Positions 1 through 12,209 of a stretch of 64,000 nucleotides of DNA are shown piece after piece. Origin of the DNA: Parasitella parasitica NRRL 2501 (taxonomy: Eukaryota; Fungi; Mucoromycota); NCBI GenBank assembly GCA_025201805.1, contig MU619292.1, positions 126,477 through 190,476 on the forward strand, in the 5' to 3' direction. Within the stretch, counting starts at the first letter, position 1. Each line of letters opens with the position of its first letter. The translations under genes were made by a program, and so were the position numbers. The notes beneath the pieces are model-generated. The model worked only from the letters and a program-made list of their open reading frames with translations. It made no database searches and was not told the DNA's origin.

Positions 1-193
1 TGAGGATGTACTTTAATAATTCAGGGTCTTCGTTGTAGCGATCTAAAATCTCTTTCACAGTAATGTCACTCATGTTTGGATTGGCAGCAGCTTTTGATTG
101 AGAGGGCGAAGGGGGAATAGGCCACTGGAAAGCAGAAGTTGGTTGTTTTGAATGCGGTGATAAAGAGTTGGGATGAGGCGAGTGGTTTGCCAT
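1..193 (-). CDS. Hypothetical protein, 5' part only (runs off the window edge)
   Basis: ATG at 193 opens an uninterrupted frame MANHSPHPNSLSPHSKQPTSAFQWPIPPSPSQSKAAANPNMSDITVKEILDRYNEDPELLKYIL to the window edge; divergent from GLE1. Confidence 0.65.
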   Translation of the reverse strand, partial: MANHSPHPNSLSPHSKQPTSAFQWPIPPSPSQSKAAANPNMSDITVKEILDRYNEDPELLKYIL

Positions 194-378
194 AGTCTGT
201 TTTAATTAATTAATTTTTTTTAAAGGAGAACAAAGAAAATACAACACACTTCCTTATTTCAAAAGAACCTTAAAAATAAACATTTATTCACGTCACCCTC
301 CCCCAGCCAACAGAACTTTTTCCTTTGGGTGTACAAATACAATCAAGATTGAATTCGTGTTTTTTTCTTTGTTGAAAA

Positions 379-2115
379 ATGCCACTCCAAATAACCAATT
401 CCAACATTTACACAGTGCCTGATGACAGCGATTCAGAGTCTGACTACGAAGACTACAAGGCATACCACCCGAAAACTATGCTTCTGTCGCAAGAGCAGGA
501 AATCGAATTGATTAGACTGGGATGTGCGTACAATCCGTTGGAAGAATACAAGCGCTCCCACTTGCGCAAAAATTCTGTAAGTGGCAATATATCTCCTACA
601 TCACAATGAAATTAAACAATGAATTGCTAGAAAATTTATGACCAACAATTTACATTGAAAATGCAACGACATCAGCTAACGTTGAAAAAGGAAACAAACG
701 AAATTTTAAAGCAGCAGAGACAGAGGCAGCAAGAGGAATTCAAAGCGATGAAAGCTCTGTTGTCTGAGATCAATCTATCCAGGTAAGATTTTACGCTACT
801 TGTTGACGTATTTGACAACTGACATGTACGCAGCGCTAAAGACGATGCGGATGACGACAAAGCATTCGAAAAAGAGCTGGAAAAGCAGCGTAAATCAGTC
901 GACGACGCCATTGCTTTGGACAGAAAGAAATCCGAACATGCAACAGCTGAGGCTAAAGCAAAAGCAGAGGCAACTGCTGAAAGAGAAAGACTTGGCCAAG
1001 AGGAGAAGGCCAAGCAGGAGCAGCAAGCCAAAGAGGAAAAGGAAAGGAAAGCGCAGGCATTAGAGAAGCAGAAAACTGTGAGTTTCGGTTTATTTTTTTA
1101 TGACTGCAGACGATTGACACACTCTAGGTTCAATCATTTGCAGTTTCGCCTCAGGGACTAGAAGAATACAAGAAATATTACGAAAAGATTGAATTTTACC
1201 AAACAACTATACGGCCCAAATTACAGGAGGACGTCTTTCGTAAGCAGTGCTTTGAATATAAAAAGGTGATTAAAAGATCAGTATCTCAATTAAAACTTGA
1301 CCGTGGCACAATTCTGGAAAAATACAATTTACTGCACGATCATCTCTTGAAAATCAAACAACAATCACCAGAGGCGTTCGAATGCATGCTAAATCACCTT
1401 GCAAAAAGCATTCTATCTCAGGTAAAGCAAGAAGTTCACGCTACTGCATACGCTGCCTATTTTTTGGCAAGATTTTCCTATCTACTATGCAGTACGATTC
1501 CAGAATTCATACAGTACCTGATGGGACGTTTGCTAAAGCGCTGTCCGTACCTTATTCCTCAATACCACGATGACAACCCAGTAAGTTTGTTCAGCTAACA
1601 ATCTGACATCGGTCGCTTACATGTAGAATGTCTAGTCGCTTTCACATGAAGAAATCAAAGCAAGGCTGCGTTATGTTATGAAAAATAAGGAAAAAAATAT
1701 ACTAGAGACATTCTTGGAGCATGCTGAAGGACAGAAATGCTACGTTATGTTTTATGGGGCTTTATGCCAAACATTACCCGATCCAGGAGAACCTGAAAAT
1801 CCCTTTTCAATGAAACATGCTTGGGTTTGGCTGGCTCGTATTTGCAATATGCCGCCTCGCGAAATTACACCCATTCTCGTGCTCGGTCTTTTGGAGGTTT
1901 CTGCGATTAGATTTCTACAGTGTTACCCTAACCAGACTCCCAAATTATTCAAATTGATAAGAGAAACCATCCACCCATTATATCCAATCTGTTCTAGTAA
2001 GGATAATGTGGCATCTATCGAACGCTTAAGAATGCTTCTGGACACATATTTCAAAACCGGCAAACCGGAATGTGTTCCTGAAAAGATTCCAGCCTCTAAA
2101 TTGAACCATCAATAA
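379..2115 (+). CDS. GLE1: mRNA export factor / nucleoporin Gle1 (about 5 exons)
   Basis: Spliced exons ~379-576, 631-782, 834-1077, 1129-1581, 1636-2115. Charged coiled-coil middle, then a Gle1-type C-terminal domain (LNHLAKSILSQVKQEV, LLKRCPYLIP, AWVWLARICNMPP, YPNQTPKLFKLI). Confidence 0.85.
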
Positions 2116-2140
2116 AAATATGTATTTTTCTTTTATTTAT

Positions 2141-5041
2141 CTACAAGTTCATGTTGTGCGAAGATTCATTGAATCCGGCGTAAAAATCATTATAATCCAA
2201 GCGAGTTGACAAAGATCTCAAATCTTCATCATGGTACGATTTTAGCACGTCTAAAAACCCAAGCACTTGCATTGTGAAATGATCCTCTATCTCTTGGTGC
2301 CTTTTGCGAATGGCGTTGATTTTCTCAACATCGCCAACGCCTCGGCTCAATCTTTTTATCGACTCATTGGTTGCATACTTGTAAAGATGATCCAAAACGA
2401 TACTGTACTTGAGAATGCAATCAAATATACTTGTCAATCGCCCTGCCAATGCCTTTTCCTTGGGTCCGCTTAGAAACCCTTTCTCTGTGATTTCTTGCAG
2501 GTATTTGGCATGGGCAGCAATGATGGAGTCCAGATCCACGCTCTTGGTTTCAATAAACGTTTCTAATTTATCCCATGAGCACTCGAGAACCTACTCAAAT
2601 ATGTTGGGCTTTGTTAATAGACAACTTTTTTTTTTATAGTAAATACCTCAAATAGGACATAGTGCTGTAGTTGATAAATGAAATGGATCATGCGCTGAAT
2701 TGTCATTTGAGCGTACTGAATGTCCTGATGTAGATCAGGAAGATTTGTGAATTCTCGGCTTGCCTTGACCCATTGACGCCATGCTGATGCCAGCGTATAT
2801 TCTACGCGTTTCAGTCGCCATAAAAAGTTGAATGCTTGCAAATATTGATGCATCGCTGTTGGGCTGAAGACAGTATTGATGGGGGCGTCAACATGGTATT
2901 CTAGCGAAAACACATCCCAGCCCAAGTCATCTTTCTGTATCTCCAACAGACGTACGTCCAGCCGATTCAATATATCAGGATCATCGTATTGTGCATTACA
3001 AGAGCGGATTGCTGTTTCCAAGATACCAGTGAGGTTATGACGAAATAGAGTCTTGGCAGGTTTACTAAGATTCACCCAAAGAACATCCATCAAATACTGA
3101 ATGAAATCGCCTTGGCCGAGAAGCAGATAGCGTTTTAGTGCTCTCAGATGGTCCATCAGTTTGTACTTGGTTTTCAGAATGTTTAAAAGCGCTCTGCTGG
3201 TGACACTGTATGCAACTTCGATTGATTTTTCCACTTGCTCTGTTTCGCCATACTTGAATAGTTGCTTATTAGGCTTCGGGTTGTTGGAAGACGGGGAAGT
3301 GGATGTTTGGTATTGTTCTGCTAGCGTATCTTGGTGGCAACTATAGCGAATGAAATTCAATGATTTACCAATGGAAAATATCTTGTGAGCAAGCTCCTTG
3401 GGCAGAAAAGCTGGTAGCATATCTTCGCGCATAGTGTATTTGCTCTGCCAAAGTTCCTCTTCAGGTACTGTGTGATCACAAGCAACGAAAAACTCTTGGT
3501 AAGGGTCGTCTAATTCGCCTTCGTAGACCCAGCGCTCTAGCATTTCGTAGAAGGGCTTGGAAACAATTTGTAGCATTTTTGTTATATAGTTTTTGATGAA
3601 AGGATCTCCATGTTTTGTGTAATTGTGTATGGCAGATATCAGAGCGCCGCCTTTTTGATCTTGACAAACATCTACCAACACACTCATTAGTCGAAGCTTC
3701 TGGTTGCAATCCAGTGTCCAAATCATCAATCGCTTCAAAGTCAAACTCTGGTCAGTGATCTGGTTGTTGATCATCTGCTTCTCTATCTGTGCTTCCAAAA
3801 TCGCAATCAACTTGTAATATTCAGTCAATTCGTGCTGCAATGCCGCACACAACGATTGGCCCACCAAGCCTATTGTAGGAGAATCCATATTGCCTTTGAC
3901 AAAGTTACGCACTTTTGTATACAGCCATCCGATGTCAGCCAGCTTGAATACCATGTTTTCTGTAGAACGAGATACTTCGATGCCTGGTATAAATACGTGA
4001 TCGTTGATGTCTGTGTCAAATCGAATGTATTGCCCATCAATGCCCTGAAATAAAAATATCAAATCCCGTAGCAAATCCGCCTCTGAAACGTAGATGAATT
4101 CTGTCATACGGTCTTGAGACTCTCGCGCTCTGGCAAGCTGAGTAGCAGGTGGCACTGCGCCATCTATCTCCATACTTTCTTGTGGCAGTGGTGATCTTTC
4201 TCTTGCAAGTCGACGGCGTATATTCCTGGGTGAATCGTTCGAGTGCATATCGTACGGCCTTGACGTTGGCGGTTGTAAATAATCTGCTTGTTCATGGTCA
4301 ATGCTTTGTAAACCACGTATTGTAGCAAGAGGGCTGTCCAGTGACTAGATGAGCGGAAAAAAACTGTCAGCATGCTGCAATTGTGTGCTGTACAAAGAGC
4401 CTACTTACAGACAAGTCTGGCGATGTGTTAGAGGGGAGACCGCCAACAAGCGATAATAAATAAAGAATAGACCATTTGTTTTTCAATAGTTGCTAAATAT
4501 GTACAAATATTAGCGCAAGGTTCAGCCAAGTGTCTCGATTGTCCATATTTACTCTTGATGCTAGCTTGTTGTATAAATGTCCAAAACGAAAAGCATTCTC
4601 AGAATTTTGGGTTTCCTGCACTAGTTGAGTATTATCAGATACAGATGATTGTAAGCTATTTACTCTTGTTTACATACATTGGGTATGAATAGCGTTGGCT
4701 ACATCGTTTTCGTTCTCGACTATCGAAGGCTCTGTTTGTCTAAATCCAAGCAATTAGGCAACTACTCGACTATTTCCACATACAAAAATACGTTACGTTA
4801 ACAATATGCGACTGAATTTATCCAACAGCCTATCCTTTTGTCGCTGTGTCTCGTATGGTGTGGCCTCTCCTGCACTGATATCGAATCGACTAATGAGTTT
4901 GGACAGTGTTTTATGTAAATGACTACTTGTTGTTGTTGCATTGCGCACAAATGATGGTTCTTCTGTAGGTGTGGACAGCAATGATGTACGACTATGTGAT
5001 GACCTTGACCTTTGGGCCCAGTTTACGTCTGAATAACTCAT
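2141..5041 (-). CDS. SPC98: Gamma-tubulin complex component 3 (Spc98/GCP3), multi-exon
   Basis: GRIP1/GRIP2-type motifs EADLLRDLIFLFQGIDGQY, GLVGQSLCAALQHEL, HGDPF, ALKRYLLLGQGDF, GWDVFSLEYHVDAP, and C-terminal LRSLSTRLDYNDFY. Start MSYSDVNW at 5041. Confidence 0.92.
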
Positions 5042-7167
5042 TATAACAAGGAGAAAATAATAAGCGCGTAGCAAAAGTTTTGAATTATTTCTCTGTGCTC
5101 GCGATTAGCAGAATGCGGAGCTTTTCCATTGATTGTCTCCATCAGCATTGATTTACAAGCTTTTGTCTGCCCTGATTTATAAAGTGCTAGTCATTAAACG
5201 ACAAGTTTCGCATTAGTATATAATAGTTTGCTATGCTAGTGTTTGCGCTGGTCAGGTGTATACAATTTGTTTGGGATCACTCCAAATGGTTGTTTGCCCT
5301 TTCCAAGTGGAAATCGGCAAGTGTGAAAGAACTGTATTACGTTATTCCAGTATCTATCTCAGAAACTTTGGTGTGCTATTATGAGAGCAAAGTGGAACTT
5401 ATGAGAACCACCATCGAAAGAAGACAATGTGAATACGGACGCAAAATGCCAACTCGTATCTAATTGTGGCATAATTTGTTATTGCTATGTAATTAATCGA
5501 GTAATCGGGCTCTAACATCAAAGGTGTTATTGGGGGCATTACCTCTTCAAGAAAGCATAAAAAACTTTAAAAGTTAATAGACACAAAATAGTTTTACACG
5601 TAGGAAAGTCCACTGGTGAAAAAGAAAATATTCTACGTATTCGTTTGCTAAATAGAATAGGCACAAATCCTTGCAGCGAGAGTGTTTATAAGCGTTTCTT
5701 GTGGACACAAGTCAACCTCTGCATACTAAAGAGTTAAAAAAGAATATTGATATTTCATCACTAGTAATTGCAGATGAAAACACACAAGGCAAAGAAAAGA
5801 AAATTTCTTATTAGTTATTATAACCATTCCTGCTTAATCAAACGCATCGGTGCGCTTAAAGGTGCTAGAAAATAATTAGTGAAAACGGGTTTGAGGTTTC
5901 CACTAGTGATAAGTAAAAAATGCGCCGTATTGAGAGCGCAATAAAAAATCAACACGAGACGAAATATAACAGTATGAAGATATTGAGATGAGTGAAGAAT
6001 CTCCAATTTAGTTTGAGCAATCAAAAAATATTTGAATAAAGTCTTGAGTTATAGCGCCAATTTGGTTCTAGTCTAATTCTGCAAAATAACACTAGACTTT
6101 TATTTCAAAAGAATACATATTAAATATATTAAAAAAAAAAGAATGCAGCTATTGACATGCCTTCAATTAATTGATTCTTCGTAATTCAGTTAATGACTGT
6201 ATTGATTTGTTCCATATGTAATGCGGTGGAATCGCAGCTATCGACATGTACAGTGAGAGTATAATTTACGAAAAAGCGCACTTGAGGTGGTTATAAATGA
6301 CCTTTAGGACCAAAGAATCTCTCTCCATTAAAGGACATCATTAAATATGAACATTTGAGGTCATTTGCATCTATTATTATTTGCTCCATATATAAAAAAT
6401 TGATCAGCGGAGATGTATTCTTTGATTCTGATGGTAAAGCTCTCTTTACTTGAAGTAAATAATGCAGGAAATGCGCTAAACATTCTAAAAATATGTGTTT
6501 TCTGAATCAAAAGCCTTGAAGAAGGCATATACAATTGTAAAGAGGGAAAAAAAAATAGACTTTTTCGAGTTTGGGCCAAAAACATACAACGTTATTTGTC
6601 ATACTGAACTTCGAGAATCCTTAACTGGAAAGTCGCACAGACATCTGCGACGCTTGAAATGCTTGTACGGTTGCTTCATAAATTACTTACAGCATGTTAA
6701 TGTCCCCAAGATGAGACTGAAATGTGCACTATTAAAAAAGCGTATATTGCTTGCATGAAAACAAACATTAGACTTACTGCATGGCAATTGCGAATATAAA
6801 ACTTGGCTTTTCTTGGAATGCGAATGATTCTGGTCTTCTAGATTCCTATGCTCATGCGATTGGCCATTTCGTGAGAATATTGACACAGAAAAAAAAAAGA
6901 TTTTAATAGACATTTGTCTATTATTTTGAATAAAAACAGAGAAATGGCGAGTCTTTTTTAAGGAAGAAATCTTTTGTACAGGGCACAGGTATATTTTTCT
7001 GCATTTCAAATAGATGGTATAACTACACATTGATTGGAGATTATTGTACGTGACTCTTCAGACAAAAGTGATTTAAATACCCCACTTTACAAAGCAGATG
7101 CAATTTTAATCCTTAGTCCTTTTTCTTCCCTACTCTTCACATAGTCGAACTAATCAAGAAATCAACA

Positions 7168-9062
7168 ATGACAAACGCACCTTCTTTCACCAAGATTACT
7201 CAAGAAGACTTTCAAAAGTCCAAACTGTCCAAGTCTATTGGTATATAGATGAACAATTAGAGATTAAAGATATGCAATGTCTGATTTAGTTGTGATAGAT
7301 TTGGCTAGCTCTGCTCTCGGAAGTGCCGTTGTCAAGGTTACTGACGAATTCTTTGCTTCTGCTTCCATGATGCTTAACCCTGAACCTGCTCTTCATTGCC
7401 CTGATAAGTTTGTTGGTGAGTAATTTATGCATTACTTTTTGCAATTGGAATATTTACTTTGTGCAATGTCTTAGAAACCGGTTCCTGGATGGACGGATGG
7501 GAGTCAAAGCGCCATAACGATACCTACGATTGGTAGAAAAAAAATAATACCATCAATTAGCAAAACGTCAATCTAACGTCCTCTTCTTCCGAATTAGGTG
7601 CATCATCAGGCTTGGATTTGCTGGTGCCATTAGTGGTTTTGACATTGATACCAGCTATTTCACTGGTAACCAGGCACCTGCAGCATCTGTTGAGGCTGCC
7701 TATTGCCCTACTGGCTCTGGATTGGAAAAGGACCTTGTTTGGACTGAAATCCTGCCCAAGGTTGAGCTGCCTCCCAACTGCCACAATTTCTTCCAATTGG
7801 AGCAACAATCAGCTGTTTACACTCATCTTCGTTTGAACAACTATCCCGATGGCGGTATCGCTCGTTTCCGTGTTTACGGTGACGTTCAACCCACTCTGCC
7901 CAAAGACAAAAAGTACGGTGTACAAAGTTATTATTGTGTTAATCAAGTTACTTATTGTTCTATTTGCATAGCTCTCTCATTGATTTGGCGTTTATCGGAC
8001 ATGGAGGTAGATCTGTTCAAGTCAGCGACGAACATTATGGCCCTGGTGACTTTTTGGTCTTGCCTGGTCGTGGTAAGAATCAGGGTGATGGATGGCAAAC
8101 GGCTCGCTCTCGTATCGAGGGTTATTCTGATTTCGTTGTTCTTCGTTTGGGTGCTGCTGGTCACATCTTGCAAGCTGAAGTTGACACTACTCACTTCAAG
8201 GGTAACTTCCCTCGTCAAATCAAGTTGGAAGCCACCAACACCACTGATGTTGTTCCCGCCGACAATGCTGAATGGTTTACTCTCGTGGAACCCTCCGCTA
8301 CTGGTCCCAACAGCATCTTTTACTTTGACACTGCCCATACCGACAAGGTCTTTACGCATGCCAAGATCTCTATCATTCCTGGTAAGTTTCGATATGCTTG
8401 ATTATTTTCTAAGCGTTTACTAATCGAAAGTAGATGGTGGTATCAAGCGCCTTCGTCTTTACGGTGTTGTTGAAGGTGGAAAGATTCCTCAATTGCCCAT
8501 TGTTTCTCCCACTGCCCTCAAGGGTGGCATTGTCGCTGAGCCTTTAACTTCTGAGGCTTATGCTCCCTATGGTGATGTTATTCACACCGAAGGCAGCAAT
8601 GAAGTTACCAGTGCTAACCAAGGTACTGCTGAAAAGTACCACCGTGTTGCCGCTGTCAGCAACTTATTCCCCAGTGGAAACGGTAAGATCAACATGTGCA
8701 TCTTCCATTGTCGTCCTACCACCGAGCTCCCTTTCACTGTCAAGTTGTTGGAGAGACACCCTTACTCCAGCCAAGCTTTCATTCCTTTGACTGATGGTAA
8801 GACCCGTGGCTATCTCGTCGTTGTAGCCCTTAATGGTAAGGATGACAAGCCTGACATGTCCACTTTGAAGGCCTTTATTGCTTCTTCCAAGCAAGGCATC
8901 AACTATCGCCAAGGTGTCTGGCATCATCCTATGGTTGTCTTGGAGAACACTACTGATTTTGCCTGTATTGTTCACGAGAGCGGTGTTCCTCAAGATGACT
9001 GTAACGAGGTTGATGTTGAACATACTCTTGTTCAAGTCCCTGGTTTCCAAGACGAAAACTAA
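7168..9062 (+). CDS. Allantoicase (two repeats) fused to C-terminal ureidoglycolate lyase (Dal2+Dal3-like)
   Basis: Six exons. Allantoicase motifs TDEFFA, WMDGWESKRHN, IDTSYFTGNQAP, YPDGGIARFRVYG, DGWQTARSR, IPDGGIKRLRLYG. After intron 8382-8433 the frame continues into the lyase motifs AEPLTSEAYAPYGDVI, ANQGTA, LLERHPYSSQAFIP, QGINYRQGVWHHPM. Confidence 0.92.
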
Positions 9063-9485
9063 TTCCATCGTATAATAATTTATACGTATACCAAAAAGAA
9101 GAAAAGAAGCAAATGTACATTTACAAATACTTGAACACCTTAAATAATTTAAAAATAGCATATTCTCATGTAAAAATATTTGTAAAATAAAGTAGACCTA
9201 CCATTTCTTGACACAGAGATTGCATAAATCCGTTGAATTTGATGCAAATTTCATCGCATAGATAAAGTATCAGGCAGTTAGGCTTTAATTATAACAAAGT
9301 TGGTAATCGTCCTGGTCAGTTGTGAAATAATACCACTAGACGAAATATACGTTTTCTAGATTACAAACAATGCCTATATTCTCAAGGTTTGAAAGCGGTT
9401 ATCTAATTGTAGGTGAATTCCTATTAATTCCTGACAACTCTGCTGCAGCTGATTTTACACTTTTTCTCGCTATTTAGACGACACA

Positions 9486-11591
9486 ATGTCAATAGCAGCC
9501 TCGCTACCCACTACATTTGAGGATAGTAACGACGAATTATTAAAGCTTCTCACTGATGCTTGGGATGCCCCTCTTAAAGAAACTGTAGAAACGAGCAAAT
9601 GGACGCGCGACTATCTCACAAAACTCACCTCCTTACCGCTCGATAGCCTACTACACGAGCCTACTGAACTTGAAGAACAACAAGCTAAAGCAAAGCGAGA
9701 CGCACAGCAACTTGCATTTCGGGAATACCCATGCTTTCTGCACGCTCAAACTTGTCGACATCAAGTTGAAGAGACGTTAGATGGCCTTGACGTTCATCTT
9801 GCGGAATTCTTGGCTTCAGTACCAGAACTACAAGAAGCTTGTGAGATTTTCGAGCAGCATGCTAAAGAAATCAAAGAGGAACGAGGAAAGATAACTCGTG
9901 TTTTGGAGCACCAGAACGACTTGACCGATTTATTAGAGATCCCTCAATTAATGGAAACCTGTGTATGGAATGGCTATTACTCAGAAGCTATGGATTTGGC
10001 TTCGCATGTTCGGTTATTACAAGTGCGATACCCTTTGTCAATTGTAAAAAGTATTCATCAGCGAGTGAAATCCTCGTCTGATTTGATGTTGGTGCAGCTT
10101 ATTTCACATTTAAGAAAGCCAATACGATTAGCAGCAGCAATGAATGTAGTTGGATTTTTGCGCCGCATGGATGCTTTTGATTCTGAAACAGAGTTACGCA
10201 TGGTATTTTTGAGATGCAGGCATGATTTTTTGCAGCAAAGATTAGCAAGACTCAAAAGAGACATTTCCGACGAGCCTAGACAGCGAAGCGCAGATGCATT
10301 TGAACATTTGAAGAAGTTTATTGATGTTATGCGCGAACAAATGTTTGAAATTGGTACACAATACATATCCATCTTTTCTAATGAGCAAGGCACATTACTA
10401 TCAGACTATATGGTTCATGTGATAGAGCTTATCAAGACATGCTTGGATACACACCTTCCCATGATTGACGATACATCTGCATTGGCCTCTCTCTTAACTC
10501 AGCTTCAGTACTGTGGTATGTCGCTCGGCCGCATCGGTTTAGATTTCAGACATATATTTGTGCACTCATTTGAAGAGGCAGTGCAGCCTATGATTTTACA
10601 GTGGATTAGTAATGCAACGGAGGATCTTGTACAAAAGATCTCTAAAGCCTCTCATGAAAGTGCGGCACCTAGTGCGTGGATGTCATCTAAAACCGTATCA
10701 CAAAACAACAGCAATGTTAGCAGTAACAATAGGGACGAAGCGAAACGGCATGCTTTTCAACCACCAATGTTACTACTTGGATATCCTTCACTAGCAGTTT
10801 TCATCAACGGCATTTTATCTGCTTTTAATTCACTCCGTCTTTTGCCAGCAATTAGCTTATATGAGCCGATTCAAAATCATTTAGAAGCGTGCTTTTTAGA
10901 GATTGGTTCTGCACTTAAGCAGTATTGCGATCAAGCGGCGTCGTATATGCCAGACGAAGTGACATACTTGCAATCTTATTCGGCAGCTTATGTGCGATGT
11001 TGTCTTCCATTCCTCAAATCATGTCTGGTAGATGGGATTTATGGAAACCTGTTGACGTCAGCTGCAACAGACGAAGATATGGAAGCTCTGTTGGTCACCT
11101 ATTTACCTGTCATGAAGAGAGAGGATGAGGTGCAGATTTTGGACAATACAGTTCCTGACAAATCATCAGACAAAAATAACGAGACAAACGAAATTGTCGA
11201 AGTCCAGCCGAAATCAAATGATGCAAAAGATATTGAAGCATGTCAAAATCCCAAAAATATGACTGATACAAACGAGGAACCAAAAGAAACTGACAGCCAA
11301 AAAAATGACGACGAAATCAAAAGCAATGCAAAGCAAAAAGACGATCTCCTAGCTGATAAAAATTCTGACAATATCCAGGTAGATGATATAGAAGAGGAGC
11401 CTGTGGCAAAAGGAATAACTAGCACAGACGATGAGAAGGAAAATGATCCCTCTAATGTAGATGTTGAGCAATTAGTGAAGGAAGAACAGGCGACCATACA
11501 AAAGGATGAAAAAGACAAAAAGTCAAATACCCAAAAAGCCAGACATAATAGCAATGCCAACTCTAAAAAAAAGAAGAAATCTAAGAGATAA
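9486..11591 (+). CDS. COG8: Conserved oligomeric Golgi complex subunit 8 (Dor1/COG8), intronless
   Basis: LLEIPQLMETCVWNGYYSEAMDL, VVGFLRRMDAFDSETELRMVFL, QYCGMSLGRIGLDFR and PPMLLLGYPSLAVFINGILSAFNSLR are Dor1/COG8-family motifs. Confidence 0.9.
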   Translation: MSIAASLPTTFEDSNDELLKLLTDAWDAPLKETVETSKWTRDYLTKLTSLPLDSLLHEPTELEEQQAKAKRDAQQLAFREYPCFLHAQTCRHQVEETLDGLDVHLAEFLASVPELQEACEIFEQHAKEIKEERGKITRVLEHQNDLTDLLEIPQLMETCVWNGYYSEAMDLASHVRLLQVRYPLSIVKSIHQRVKSSSDLMLVQLISHLRKPIRLAAAMNVVGFLRRMDAFDSETELRMVFLRCRHDFLQQRLARLKRDISDEPRQRSADAFEHLKKFIDVMREQMFEIGTQYISIFSNEQGTLLSDYMVHVIELIKTCLDTHLPMIDDTSALASLLTQLQYCGMSLGRIGLDFRHIFVHSFEEAVQPMILQWISNATEDLVQKISKASHESAAPSAWMSSKTVSQNNSNVSSNNRDEAKRHAFQPPMLLLGYPSLAVFINGILSAFNSLRLLPAISLYEPIQNHLEACFLEIGSALKQYCDQAASYMPDEVTYLQSYSAAYVRCCLPFLKSCLVDGIYGNLLTSAATDEDMEALLVTYLPVMKREDEVQILDNTVPDKSSDKNNETNEIVEVQPKSNDAKDIEACQNPKNMTDTNEEPKETDSQKNDDEIKSNAKQKDDLLADKNSDNIQVDDIEEEPVAKGITSTDDEKENDPSNVDVEQLVKEEQATIQKDEKDKKSNTQKARHNSNANSKKKKKSKR

Positions 11592-12209
11592 ACAAAGCTT
11601 AATCAATTTTTTTATGAATAAAGTCTAATACAATTTTCTTAAAAAAATAATCCTAAATGACACCATAATAGCCCTCCAAAAACACATTTAAAAGGGACGT
11701 TTAACGCATTAATTTGCATAATCTATTAAGCAATATAATGCCTTCGAGTTGTATAAAAAGAAAAGATACGTTGAAGCCAGTTCATCGACAAGCAATATGA
11801 CAAAGTATAATAGATCTAATACTTGCAACAGTATATGTAGAAGCTAGCTGCAAAATTTTGTATTGATCCGCTTAATGTAAAATAATATTAGAGGCATTTA
11901 TTACACTCTGGCAATTCGTTCCTTTTTAAAGCATTCTAACCAAAACAATTCATCGATACAAACAACAGCAATTGCCTGTCGTGCCCAATGTGGCATGGCT
12001 TTCCAATAAAATAGATTTCTGTATCTTGGTACTTGTTTTATTTGAAAATCTACACTTTTGTTTTTGTGTGTCTTTGAAAGCTGGACGACGTTTTGTTCCT
12101 GCAACTGTATTTGAAAGCTAAAAAGGTATAATACGATGTTCCAAGCACACACATTTCTCTCCTTCTTTTTTATTATACGGTATTACAGAAACGGCTTTCT
12201 CAATAAATC

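Noticed and set aside
5042-7167. Short ORFs (5233-5463, 5818-6024, 6361-7030) in the SPC98/allantoicase spacer
   Set aside because: No recognisable motifs, AT-rich non-coding composition, and no terminal repeats or transposase signatures seen.
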